From Cyanophora paradoxa CCMP329 (taxonomy: Eukaryota; Plantae; Glaucophyta), in contig QPMI01000609.1 of the NCBI GenBank assembly GCA_004431415.1, forward strand, positions 161,440 to 225,439: 64,000 nucleotides of DNA, given 5' to 3'. A program made the position numbers and the translations under genes. The notes below the pieces were generated by a model that searched no databases, was not told the origin of the DNA, and saw only the letters and a program-made list of their open reading frames with translations. Shown here piece after piece: positions 38,401-49,895 of this stretch (positions are counted from its first letter, which is position 1; each line of letters begins with the position of its first letter).

Positions 38401-39968
38401 GGCGAAGCCTCGCGGACGCCCTCGCGGCTGTCACAGTAGGCCTATAGGGCACTGGCCAGCGGCCTGGCCGATCGCGAACAGCTTTCTGGCTAGAAGCTGG
38501 CTGGCTGACGGCCAGTCCAGCTAGCGCTGGTCGGCTAGAGGAATATTAATGCCATGATGTACTGAGCGAGGAAATAATTAAAGGGTGGAGCAGATCGATC
38601 TAGATTGAGCCCCATGAGAGTATTCATTTGAGCTCTTAATTATCGAACTTTCGCTAAAGGGTGGAGCAGATCGATCTAGATTGAGCCCCATTCTCTTCAA
38701 AGAGGGTGGAGCAGATCGATCTAGATTGAGCCCCATTCTCTTCAAAGAGCTACGGGAAATAATTAAAGGGTGGAGCTGAGTACCGTAGCGATGCCCATGC
38801 GTGAGCATGCGAGGGCGTGCGGAAAGCTGTGCAGGTCCGTGCAAGATCGAACTTTCGGGGTTGGCTGGGTTCTCGCGGCCCGGCGCATCTGTAAAGCATG
38901 CGGAAGGCTTTGTCTACATCTCACATGCATATGCTATTGTCCGCGCATGTGCCGCGGCGTGGGCGCGCAGAAAGATGTCCAGGTCCGTGCAGGATCGAAT
39001 TTTTGCCGTCGGCTGGGTTCTCGTGGTCTTCGGCGTGTTCGAAGCTTGTCGAAGGCTTTGATAAAATCTCAAATGAATATTGTAGCGATGCGCATGCGCG
39101 AGGATGCGAGGGCGCGCGGAAAGATGTGCAGGTCTGTAGAGGATCGAATTTTCGGGGTGGGCTGGGTCCCCGCGGCCCCGCGCATCTGTAAAGCGTGCGG
39201 AAGGCTTCTTCTACATCTCAAATGCGTATGCTATCGTTCCGCGCATGCGCCGCGGCGTGGGCGCGCGGAAAGGTGCCCGGGACCGTGCAGGTTCGAATTT
39301 TTGCTGCCGGGAGCCTTCCTGCACTGTTCGGCCTCCGAAAAGTGGATTTCGGGGTGGGCAGGCCGTGCTATGTCTATGCGCGCCAGTACGCATGGATTGC
39401 GCGCGTCGCGGGACCGGCCGGAACCGGCCGGATCAAATTTTCGGCCGACTCTTCGCACTGGAGCGTCGACGGCGCCCGAAATCGAGTTTGCGGCGATGCG
39501 CTCGCCCTCGCGCGTCATTCTGTATCGTTCTGGGGCGTCCCTGGCGCGATTTCGTCGCGGGACCGGGCGGGACCGGGTCCCACCTTCTGACTCGGACTGC
39601 ATTTGTCGGAGGTTAAGTACCGGAATTGATCCAGAGGGAAATTCGATTTTCGCGCGACGCCCACGGGCGAGCGGTCGTCTTAGGGGAGTCACGACGCTAA
39701 AAATGGATCTAGAGAGGTCTGTGGGGGTTCGGGCAGCCGTGTAATGTCTATCAATCGCGTCCGTGTCGAGGCAGAATTAATAATTCTGCCTCGAGGGAGT
39801 GTGACACGGGAATTATTTAGCAGGGGGGATCTGGAGTGGAAAAAAAGGTTAAAAAAGGAATTTCGGTCGGCGGTTTTTGGGTTTGAGAAAGAGGCTTCGC
39901 CTGAAAGAGGCTTCGCCTGAAAGAGGCTTCGCCTGAAAGAGGCTTCGCCTGAAAGAGGCTTCGCCTGA
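32404..39968 (-). mobile_element. Five nested non-autonomous Helitron2/Helentron-like elements (5 bodies + 5 x 16-bp 5' ends)
   Basis: Bodies 32404-33582 (A, 1179 bp), 33583-35104 (B, 1522), 35105-36739 (C, 1635), 36740-38368 (C, 1629), 38369-39888 (B, 1520), all joined at TTTGAGA|CAAGATCC; AAGAGGCTTCGCCTGA x5 at 39889-39968. Same family as 12318-14708, opposite strand. Confidence 0.88.
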
Positions 39969-40038
39969 AAATGCCAGAAGGATAGATCGATATCCGGACA
40001 ACATATATAATTTTCACGCAGAATTCAAATATTTAATA

Positions 40039-40113
40039 TTTTTTTTTTTTTTTTTTGGTGAATTACCGGCCACAGTCTCTAGACACCAGCACTGCGGGGG
40101 CTGCCCAGGGGGC
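40039..40113 (-). mobile_element. Short poly(A) retroposon (family R1) with 8-bp TSD
   Basis: T18 followed by GGTGAATTACCGGCCACAGTCTCTAGACACCAGCACTGCGGGGGCTGCCC (identical to 19031-19080); ATTTAATA at 40031-40038 and 40114-40121. Confidence 0.8.
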
Positions 40114-40488
40114 ATTTAATACCTATAGTAGCCGGCGCCCGTAATTTTGAAATATTTCGTATATATCATCAGAATTAAACCGGGTAAATAGGGAGGAGCG
40201 AGAGTGCTGAGGGATGAAAATCGGAAGGGTAGAAGGAATGATGGGGTACGACATCGACCTCCCGGCGGCGGGGGTCTGCAATCGCGAGAGGAGGAGAGTC
40301 GTGAAGAGCGCTATTAATATTGGTAGCTAGCTATATAGCTGTGCTGCATCGATCAGCTGCAGGTAATTCGGATTGTTTGCATGAACGCGCAACAAGTATC
40401 AGTACTAGTACTAGATTTAGCGCCCGCTCGAGCTCCACCTCCTACCCTCGCGCGCCCGCTGCCGGGGACCTCGTACGGCCGCGGCCCG

Positions 40489-40615
40489 CGACCCATGGCC
40501 GGCACCTAGCTAGCACCTTCGGCTAGATAGTTGACCGGTCGGAAGGGCACGTCACGTAGAACATTGATACATGTGCCGTGGTGTATCAATGCGACGTCCA
40601 CTTTTGCAAAAAAAA
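40489..40615 (+). mobile_element. 5'-truncated poly(A) retroposon (family R2) with ~16-bp TSD
   Basis: Ends CTTTTGC(A)8; flanked by GTACGGCCGCGGCCCG (40473-40488) and GTACCGGCCGCGGCCCG (40616-40632); second copy at 7047-7173. Confidence 0.75.
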
Positions 40616-41033
40616 GTACCGGCCGCGGCCCGGATCCGGATCCGGATGCCTAGCTATAGGCCGGCGAGATCTAGAGCACTATTAATATTGGTAGCTAGCT
40701 ATGTTACATCGATCAGCTGCAGGTAATTCGGAGGGTTTGCAGGTCCTCCTCATGCCTTGCTTATTGCCGCAGGCCGGGCGCGGCCCGCCGCCGGCCCGGC
40801 CCGGGTCGGAGGTGCGGCCCGGCGCCGGCCGCAGCGCCGGCGCGGCGATCCACTAGTACTCAGGATCCGGTGTACGTATACGTACGCGTCTGGCGGGTCT
40901 CCGCCCGTATACGTACTACGGTAACTGCGCCCAGCGATCCGGACCTCAGCCGCCTGATCAATCCCCGTGTCGCACCAGGAGCCCAGCCGCCGCCCGTCGA
41001 CGTCGGGCTTCCGAGTATGAGCTTATAATGAAG

Positions 41034-42126
41034 CTAAGGGAGCAGCCGTCCAGGACGGCTGGTCGAAGGGGTACACGTTGGAATAAGCGCGTAAGACGCC
41101 AGGTGCGAGCAGGTAGTACACACGTTCAATTCCAGCGGCTGGGTCATCCTGGTACGTAGTGAATCGGTCGCTTGCTCTGACGAAGATATATGTTCTTCAG
41201 GGAATCTATCGATTCTGGCTCTCACGAGTCGTAGCTCTTGAGCAAGTTGCACTGCAATACCCGCTGAAGTCCCGCGAAAGAAGATGTCGATCGCATCGAT
41301 GACCTCCTTGCGCGCTTCCTGAATTTTCGCGCCAAGCTCTCCTCCTTCCATCATACAGACAAGTACATGCCCCTGTGCCCACGTGTCAGATTCATAGTGT
41401 AGCTATATATTGTAATCACTTGAGGTTTCTTACCACGAAGCCGTTCTCGATGGCGCGAGCAGGGCTCGTTGTGTTCTGGTGGCTCTCCTCGCCGCAGGCG
41501 ATGCAGATGCCGCGGGCGAGCTGAGGCACGAGCATCGAGTCGGTGGGCTTGACCGCCGCTGGCGACTCGTCCGTTTTTACGATGTGGGGTGGTTGAAGGT
41601 GTGCATGCCCACCGACCGTTGTGACTTCTGCAGCCGAGCACATGTGCGTTCGGCCGCTAGCAGCTACGCTACTACTCGCAATGGCCACGCTTGGGCGGGC
41701 CACGGGCGCTGTAGATGTCCCGCTTGTCGCTGCGGTCGCGGCGCCGCTATGCCCAGAGAAGATCCTCCTCCCCTGCGTCTTTTGCTTCCCCCGGCGGCGT
41801 TCTTGTGTCTTCCACATTGCAGCCGGTGGGTGATGATCGACGACGCTGCCTATCTACGAACCACGCCTCAAATTACGCGGCGCAGCGGCGGCCCTCCTCG
41901 CACTGCGCGGCATAAGGCGCACCTCTTGAGCTGCGAGTCGGAACGCTTCAACCTCGTTCTTCTTCTCTGCGTTCCAGTGTGCAAGCGCGTTAGCCTGCCG
42001 CTGCGCGTAGAGGACGCCATATTAGTACAAGTTCCGAAGTTCTGGCTTTGCTTGCACATTTGAGTCACGCAGTGCACACGTGCGACTCACCTGCCGCAAA
42101 GCCAGATATTCATCTTCGTCGGACAT
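41034..42126 (-). CDS. Hypothetical spliced gene with a CxxC..H knuckle-like motif
   Basis: MSDEDEYLALRQ|GTGAGT intron, RQANALAHWNAEKKNEVEAFRLAAQE, ARGICIACGEESH, MEGGELGAKIQEARKEVIDAIDIFF; probable frameshifts. Confidence 0.45.
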
Positions 42127-42225
42127 CGGGATGGCGCGCTCGATAAGGGGAAGTGACCAGCCGCCTCCTCACTATTCGAAGCTCCAAAAAAGGGCTGAAG
42201 CTTGGCTATTAGTTGAAGGGTCGGG

Positions 42226-42400
42226 CTGAAGCTTTGCTATTCGGTACCCGTAGATCTAGACCAGCCGTCCCGGACGGCTGCTCACATCGCTTAGACCCAG
42301 GTTCGAATCCTGGAGTGAGTCTTATTCGACATCTTGCTTTCAGTCCGCGATGCGAAGATCTTTAGCTAGGACATGGACTAGAATATAGTAAGCCACCCGG
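42226..42400 (+). promoter_or_regulatory. tRNA T-arm / Pol III B-box module with upstream hairpin
   Basis: CCAGG-TTCGAAT-CCTGG (perfect T-arm, GGTTCGAATCC B box) preceded by hairpin CAGCCGTCC-C-GGACGGCTG; no complete cloverleaf. Confidence 0.55.
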
Positions 42401-42409
42401 GGCGCAGCC

Positions 42410-43495
42410 TTGGCTCATCTCTCGCTTGGTGCGCGCCTCCACACCCGTCGCCACCGCGCCCCGCGCGACGGGCGGGGCAGGGATCTCGACTCGCGACGCC
42501 CGCGCGGCGGGGTGTCCGGAACGCAGCGGCCGCGGCGGCCCATCTCTCGCTTGGTGCGCGCCTCCCCGCCTTCAGCGCCGCTCCCCGCGCGACGAGCTAG
42601 GTGAACGGAGGCGACCCGATTCGCGGCGCCTTTGCGGCAGGGCCGGCGCGGCCGGTTTGCACCGGCGGCACATGTCTCGCTTGGTGCGGGCCTCCCCGCC
42701 CTTCCTCGCCGCGCCCCGCGCAACGGGCGGGCGAAGGTAGCTCGACTTGCGGCACCTTCGCGGTGGGGGCGGCCGGGTAGCAGCGGCGGCCCATCTATAG
42801 CTTGGTGCGCGCCTCCCCGCCCTTCCCCGCCGTGCCCCGCGCGACAAGCCGAGCGTAGGCGACCCGACTCGCGGGGCTCAGCGGCGGCCCATCTCTCGCT
42901 TGGTGCGGGCCTCCCCGCACTTCGGCGCCGCGCTTCGCGCGACGGGGCGGGCGCAGGGAGGACCTCTCGCGGCGCCCGCGCGGCGACGGCGGCCGGGGCG
43001 CAGCGGCGGTTCATCTCTCGCTTGGTGCGCGCATCCCCGCCCTTCCGCGTCGCGCCCCGCGCGAAGAGGTGAGCACAGGCGACCCGACTCGCGGAGCATT
43101 CGCGGCAGGGCCGGGGCGGCCGGGACGCAGCGGCGGCCCATCTATCGCCTGGTGCGCGCTTCACCGCCCTTCCCCACCACGCCCCGCGCGAGAAGCCGAG
43201 CGCAGGCGCCCCGAATCGCTGCGCCTTCGCGGCGGGGCAGCCGGGGCGCAGCGGCGGCTCATCTCTCGCGTCGTGCGCACCTCCCCGCCCTTCGACGCCG
43301 CGCCCCGCGCGATAGCGCGGATGCAGGGAGCTCGACTCGCAGCGCCCTTGCGGCGGGGGCGGTCGGAACACATCGGCGGCCCATTTCTCACTTCGTGCAC
43401 GCCTCCCCGCCCTTCAACGCCGCGCCCTGCGCGACTAGGTGAGCGCAGGCGACCCTACTCGCGGAGCCTTCGCGGCGGGACCGGGACGGCCGGAG
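42410..43495. repeat. ~122-bp diverged GC-rich tandem repeat, 9 units
   Basis: CATCTCTCGCTTGGTGCGCGCCTCCCC-like anchor at 42416, 42541, 42671, 42792, 42890, 43012, 43139, 43260, 43382. Confidence 0.85.
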
Positions 43496-44845
43496 GATAG
43501 CAAGTGAGAACAGAAATCCCAAGCCCGGGTGCGTCGGCGGCGGTCACAGAGGCCAAGTCCGCAGCTGCAAGCAAGATTCGCAAGTCTCTCTCATGCCAGA
43601 CGCCGACTATATCTAGGCAGCGGGGCCCCATCCCTGGCGGCAGTAAAGATAGATCTATAGATTCCTTGCGGGCGCACACCCCTGAATTTTTTGCAGAGGC
43701 TCAATAAACTAACAGACACTATCAGGCGCCGGCTAGCCCCACAGGCCCGCCCCGCGGTCGCCCTGCCCCGCCCAGCGGCCGCCCTGCCCCATGGCCGCCC
43801 TGACCCGCCCCGCCCCGCCCCGCCCCACCACACCCCGCCCCGCGGTCGGGAAACTAAATTGTACGAATACAAGTGTAATGCTAGCTGGCTTCTCCGAAGT
43901 AAGAGCCGTGCTGGCAGCTATGCAGCCATAGAGCTTAAGATTGCTGAAGCACCCGTACCCCCGCCCAAGCTCAGCCAGTCGATCTGCTCGCAGGCCCCCC
44001 GCCAGCGCCGCACTCTAGCGTCTCTCTCATGCCACCTCCCAGTGCCTTACCCGCGCAATCTGGCTCCTCGGCCCCGGCGCCCTCCGCGCACTATGGCTTC
44101 TCGCGATCGGCCCCCGGCGCCATGTCTTAGCTGCGTGCTCCGGAAGAGAGACGGCGGCGGCCTTCACGTCCAGGGACACGACAGCGGCCCGCACCCGCCG
44201 TCATTCAATGGACATGCCTATGGCGGGCGCCCTGCCCGCACACTACCTCCGTCGCTCTACATCACATCGCCCCGCCACTGGTGCATCGCAAGCGACCCGC
44301 CACCGCCGCCGTCCAGCAGCAGCAAATTGCGAATTGTGTGCTGCGTCCGTTCAGGCTATTCACGATCATTGGATTGTATAATCACTCTTCGATATTTTCT
44401 AACAATCTCGGCTGTACTGCCACGTGCGCTGCAATCGAAAAAGGTGTCGGCATTCCTATGAATCCAGGTCGGGTAATGTCCAAGTGCGCGAGCGTGCACT
44501 TGGTGACTGTAACCGGAGTTGAAAAGCGGCAGCGCTGGGCCCTCGCCAAACGGACAGCGCGGATACGCGCGAGATGTGGTGCGTCTGGAACGTCGTGCAT
44601 GTGTCTGGCCTGAGACGGCGTCAGCAGGGCCGGCGGGATCTGTTAGAGGGCGGGAACAAGGTGTACGGTGGCGAGTTAGAGAGCGCCAGCATGAAGCAAG
44701 CAATGCAAGGGTGCAGCGATTCTAATCTAAACGGGAACTTTTGCGGGGTGTACGCAATTTTGGTTAGTACGCAATCGATACCGCAGTGTTAGAGCAAAGT
44801 TTGAAATTCACCGCGGTCACTCGGGTGTGCACCTCTTCAAGCGTC

Positions 44846-47057
44846 ATGGCCCGTCAACCCAAGACCACGGCCCCTGCCGCGCAAGGTGATAATCCTGAGG
44901 AGGCCAGTGTGAAGACGCCTAAGAAAGCGTCGGCGACAGCTCCACCTGCAAAGGCAAAAGGGAGTGGTAATCCAGCGAAGGGACTGCAGCCGGAAGCCGA
45001 GGCGGAGGAGACAGCGATTGATGTCACTGAGAAGCCGAAGCTTCTGGAAATCCGGTTCCGGCGGCCAGGTGGGTTTTGAAACTTTCAACGCCAGTGGTGT
45101 GTACGGTCCTTGCGCTGTGTCTAATTTTTATTCGTGACAGTGGACATGCCGCGGATGGTGCCGACAAGGTCCTCGATGATCGCAGGATGCGGACGGGCGA
45201 GAGCAGGTTCCCTCGGCTATCGCAGGACAGCCCCCGTCGCATCAGGCAATCAGTAAGTTCACTGTATTGTCGGAATTCAACGCGTATTGAGACAGATAGC
45301 ACAGCTTGCTGGTTAGCCCTACCTCAAAGACAAGTACCGCGCTTGCGCCGATTTCTCCCGCTGCGGTCGGCCCGCGGTTGGCCACACGTTGACCATGATA
45401 TCGTAAGCTCCGCATACAATTTAGACACCTAACCGGCGGAGTCTAATGACCATTACAGCCCTCTCAAGCGGATCACTGTGGCGCGCACCTTCGCGGATTT
45501 GAAGGATGGCAGGGATTTCGAGGGCATCGTTCGAATCGGGAACATGCACAGCATCAACGGACAGAATGGGACTGATTCGAATTCAATCCGAGGCACGTTG
45601 GAGGACGAGGTACGTTGCATCAACATAAGTTCCACGTACAACGCACGCTTACGCCGTCTCCCTCAATGCCTAGGTCGGCGACAAAATCGCAATTCGTATT
45701 TTCACAGGAGCTATCGTGAAGAATGCGGAAAAAATGGCGGCCAAGGGAGATATTGTTCAGCAAGTGAACGCGATCACCGACCAGTTGAGCACCAGCTGCA
45801 GCATTGATGGAATGGTCAGCCATTCCGCTCCATAAGTAGTACGCTCATATCTACGCTCACACAGAAGTTTTTGCGGCAGTATTTGATCATGCGGGCCTCG
45901 AAGGCCCGTTACCTTGTGAAAGGTACGGCCAACGAAAAATTGGCTTGGCAATTTCGCGGGATCGCACAATGCTGAAAGAGATTCAAATCAATTCTGGTAA
46001 CGTTGGGAACATTGCATTTGAGGCCGTACACGAACAGGTACATTCCGCTATAACACTCTGGAAATCTGCTTTAACACGTGTATGTACTTGTGCAGGACCC
46101 TCGACTTTCTAGTCTGCCGCATAAACTGGCGAGCATGGAACACGCGGTGTTTACTATCATGCGTTACGAAATCGTCTCAGACTTCAAGGCTGCAACCGTT
46201 GATTACATGAGTGTGAACAGGCAGTGCGAATCAAATCGGTTCAGCGAATGTGTGCTCCACTATACGTTAATACCCAAGTTAGGCTGATTGCGAGACCACA
46301 GACAATGTGCATTGTGTTATCAAAGAGGACGAGGATGGATATGTTTGCATGGACAAGCACGGATGCAAAGTTTCTGCTCGTTTGGAAAGGATGCCAAGTT
46401 CGACACCCTTGGAGTGCTGTACGACAATTACAGCGTCAACAACGTCGCCGACATCGTCGTATCGTTTGTCGAGGTGCTTCAGTATATCACGATGGTGGTA
46501 TATGCCAAATTCACCCTTCCTTGGCAGTTCAAGTTCGAGAGACCGCAGGCAAGCCGGTGGAAATGTGGTTTGGCTACTTTCTGAGGTCATGGGACTTGCG
46601 GAGTACGAACAGCGGAAGACAAGCCTCCAGACGGGTTTGTGACGAAGTCGCTCAAGACACCCGACGTGCAGGCCCGCATGCATGCGTCCGTTCCGCTTGG
46701 CAACGCTACAATCGGCTCGGTGCAATATTTCTATAAATATGTAGACTCCGGCTAATAACTACAGTCAGGTCTTTTCCCGATCGGGCCAGCTGCAAACAGT
46801 GGCAGTGGTCTAGCCTCAACGGGACCGGAGGACCAGTTACTGGTGGATTCAATGGTATTGGAGGGCTGGATCGATTGGGCACTCGAGCTCGTCGATGGCA
46901 ATGGCGGCAATTGGATCGGGGATGCAGCCGCAGCTACTCACATTCAAGGCAAACCCGTTTGCAGTCTCTCGTGGTGGCAGCGAGGCGTCATTTCACATGG
47001 GCCAGACTGAGCGCGAGGTACGAGTTTACACAGACACCTCCAATTAATACGGCGTAA
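44846..47057 (+). CDS. Putative OB-fold ssDNA-binding (RPA70-like) protein with disordered N-terminus; spliced, frameshifted
   Basis: MARQPKTTAP...; TFADLKDGRDFEGIVRIGNMHSI...IRGTLEDE fits the OB-fold pattern (I.DL....vRV......L.DE); later GLAEYEQRKTSLQT. RPA-like genes are established Helitron cargo. Confidence 0.4.
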
Positions 47058-48040
47058 TCGTAAACACGTCAGCCAACGGGACCAAGCGGAAGTCCGGCGG
47101 AAACGCTCAGGTGACTCCAAGAAGACGCGAAAGACGAAAGACGCCGACGTCACGTCGGATGTCGAGGGACAGGAAGACGCGGGTGAAGAAGATGAGGAAT
47201 ATTAACGTTGGCAAGTCGAGGACATGAACAGGTGGCAAGTCGAGGGCATGAACAATTCTTAGCGAGTAAATAGACGGGAACCGGTGGATATACAGAGATG
47301 TATTGGGGTAGACGGACATGGTTGGGGTAGCAATTGTATTCATGGTCCGTGAGCGTGGATAAAGCAAACTGGTTTTCATTTGCGAGGGTAACGGGCAAGT
47401 GAGTCACTCAGAATCTGCACAAATAACACACAGCAGAACCTCATTTATAGGGGCAGACCAATAAGTGCGGGAGGGGAAAGAGGATTAGGGAGGACCAGCT
47501 GCTCAGGTGGGTTGCTCACAGGGTTCACCCGCTCAAAAACAACGCACACCCCGCTCAAAACAAAAAAGTGCGATTACAGACGCAGCAAGAACTGGTGCTA
47601 AATGATAGAAACGACATACCCACTGCCGCCCCATTGCCACGCCATGACTCCTGAACCAGCATCAGAAATTATATGCATCATCGATTACACGTGTGTATCT
47701 TCGGGATCAGAAAACGTGGGAAAGAAAAGTCCTCTACTAACGACCGAGCCGAAGCGCAAACGCAAGTTCGAAAGCGCCCGTCTACGGACAACTGCTAAGT
47801 CGTCATCATTTGAAAGACTAGCGGTATCTGGGAAGGGAATTTCGGATACATGGATCGCAATTGTATCGCAAACGCCATGTTTGCATGTGCACGACGTCGA
47901 ATGGCAGTCAAGTCATCATCGTATATCAGAGGTTCGTTCTTAAGTTCGGAGAAGGGAGATAAGGTGTCCGGCGCAATATGGGTTCAACATCGGAGCTCGC
48001 GATGAGTGGCGGATTATCTCTTCTTGGAGTACGCAGTTGT

Positions 48041-48900
48041 TTACATAGCTGAACTAGGAGGGCGGGCATAAGCACACAGGTCAGTCAACATCAGACGTCT
48101 GGATAGCAATATTAACAAGAACCTTAACACGTCGCCAAGCTGCAAGGAATTGAAAGCATCTTCCATGCCAGGTTCAGTGGCTAGTTGGAAATATGCAGGG
48201 AGAACCTCATTGTCACAATGGACATACGCTATCATACGAGGCGGCACAAGCAGCCGCGGCAGGTCGTCTTGAGCAACCGTAAAATATTCTTGGATTAACC
48301 GGAATTGTCGAGCGTATCGAATCAAATCCTGAGCACATAAATTACGGGGAGACTCGGTCATCTGTGCATAGCGCCCTAACACTTATTTAGATTAACACTT
48401 ATAGATAACCTCCCTCCTTGCTCCCTATTTAAATATAGTTATACGGTCGGCACATCATGTGACTTACCATCCGGTCCGAATGGGAGTGAGGATGTTCGAG
48501 TCCAGTGCACCAATGCGAGACAAAAATGCTGGACGCGGCTAGCGGGTGTCGTCGCTGACAAGAAGGGTAATGTGCCAAGAACGATGATCATGTGAACAGG
48601 TTTCAAGCGTACCTCATCTGAAGGATACAGCCCATGACGCGTCAATAAATTTGAGCGGCGGATCACTGTACGACCATGCATGTATTCATTGTTAAATTTG
48701 AGAATCCACAAGGAAATGCCCACGTAAATAATGATGCATACGTCAGTTTATCAAGTTGTTGTATATCGGATTCGCCCACGGCTAGTGGATCAGCTGGTAG
48801 GAGAACTCCGACGTCGCCAGCCGAGATGGAACGTTCTCGCGGCACTCCGCGCGCGTAACATACATAGCCGGACACCTGTCGTTCGCATACTATCCACGTC
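48041..48900 (-). CDS. Hypothetical protein fragments in Helentron island
   Basis: Collinear protein-like ORFs (48663-48875, 48041-48382) with splice-like junctions; no family recognised. Confidence 0.3.
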
Positions 48901-49110
48901 AGTCAACCAATGGCATGTTACCATGAGTAGGCTGCATGTATACTTAGCTAGTACATGCACACACTCGTACGCGAACTGTAACATATCCAGGTATCGCGAA
49001 CTTAGCTGTCGACATGAGAGCTAACTGGGTGAGCGGTAGCAAATGACCGGATGCTTGCAACCGGACGAACTAGGCCTGGCCTACGATATGGTAAGCCGCC
49101 GGAAGAGAAT

Positions 49111-49895
49111 CTGACCGGCGCCAACCAAATGGTTCGGGCTGAAGCTTGGCTATTCGGTACCCGTAGACCAGCCGACCCGGACGGCTGCTCGCATCGCTTA
49201 GACCAGGTTCGAATCCTGGGAGTGATCTTTTTCACCATCTTGCTTTCAGTCCGTGTACGAAAATCTTTAGCTAGGACATGGACTACAAAATAGTAAGCCG
49301 CCGAAGATAAGCTGACCCGCGCCAACCAAATGGTTCGGACTGAAGCTTGGCTATTCTGTACCCGTAGATCTAGACCAGCCGTCCGGACGGCTGCTCACAT
49401 CGCTTAAACCCAGGTTCGAATCCTGGGAGTGAGTCTTATTCGCCATCTTGCTTTCAGTCCGCGATGCGAAGATCTTTAGCTAGGACATGGACTAGAATAT
49501 AGTAAGCCACCCGGGGCGCAGCCTCGGCTCATCTCTCGCTTGGTGCGCGCCTCCACACCGTCGCCACCGCGCCCGCGCGACGGAGCGGGGCAGGGGTCTC
49601 GACCGCGACGCCCGCGCGGCGGGGGCGGCCAGAACGTAGAGACGGCCCATCTCTCGCTTGGTGCGCGCCTCCCGCCTTCAGCGCCGCGCCCGCGCGACGA
49701 GCTAGGTGAACGGAGGCGACCCGATTCGCGGCGCCTTCGCGGCAGGGCCGGCGCGGCCGGGTTGCAGCGGCGGCCAATGTCTCGCTTGGTGCGGGCCTCC
49801 CGCCTTCTTCGCCGCGCCCTGCGCGACGGGGCGGGTGCAGGTAGCTCGACTCGTGGCGCCTTCGCGGCGAGGGCAGCCGGGACGCAGCGGCGGCC
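49111..49895 (+). repeat. Two tandem ~201-bp B-box/T-arm modules followed by 3 units of the 122-bp repeat; direct repeat of 42226-42790
   Basis: CTGACC.GCGCCAACCAAATGGTTCGG at 49111 and 49312; CCAGGTTCGAATCCTGG in both; the first is followed by a T-run. Confidence 0.85.

Noticed and set aside
7047-40615. Giant composite transposon bounded by inverted repeats (7047-7173 vs 40489-40615, and 12318-14708 vs 32404-39968)
   Set aside because: Each repeat has its own complete ends (poly(A) plus TSD, or 5' 16-mer plus 3' hairpin), and the enclosed genes are ordinary host genes. Independent insertions in opposite orientation explain the pattern.
42280-42325. Functional tRNA gene (also near 49200 and 49410)
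   Set aside because: Only a T-arm is present; no convincing D-arm or anticodon arm could be folded.
42410-43495. CRISPR-like array (conserved ~30-bp anchor at regular spacing)
   Set aside because: The intervening segments are homologous to each other, so this is a diverged tandem repeat; there are no cas genes and the context is eukaryotic.
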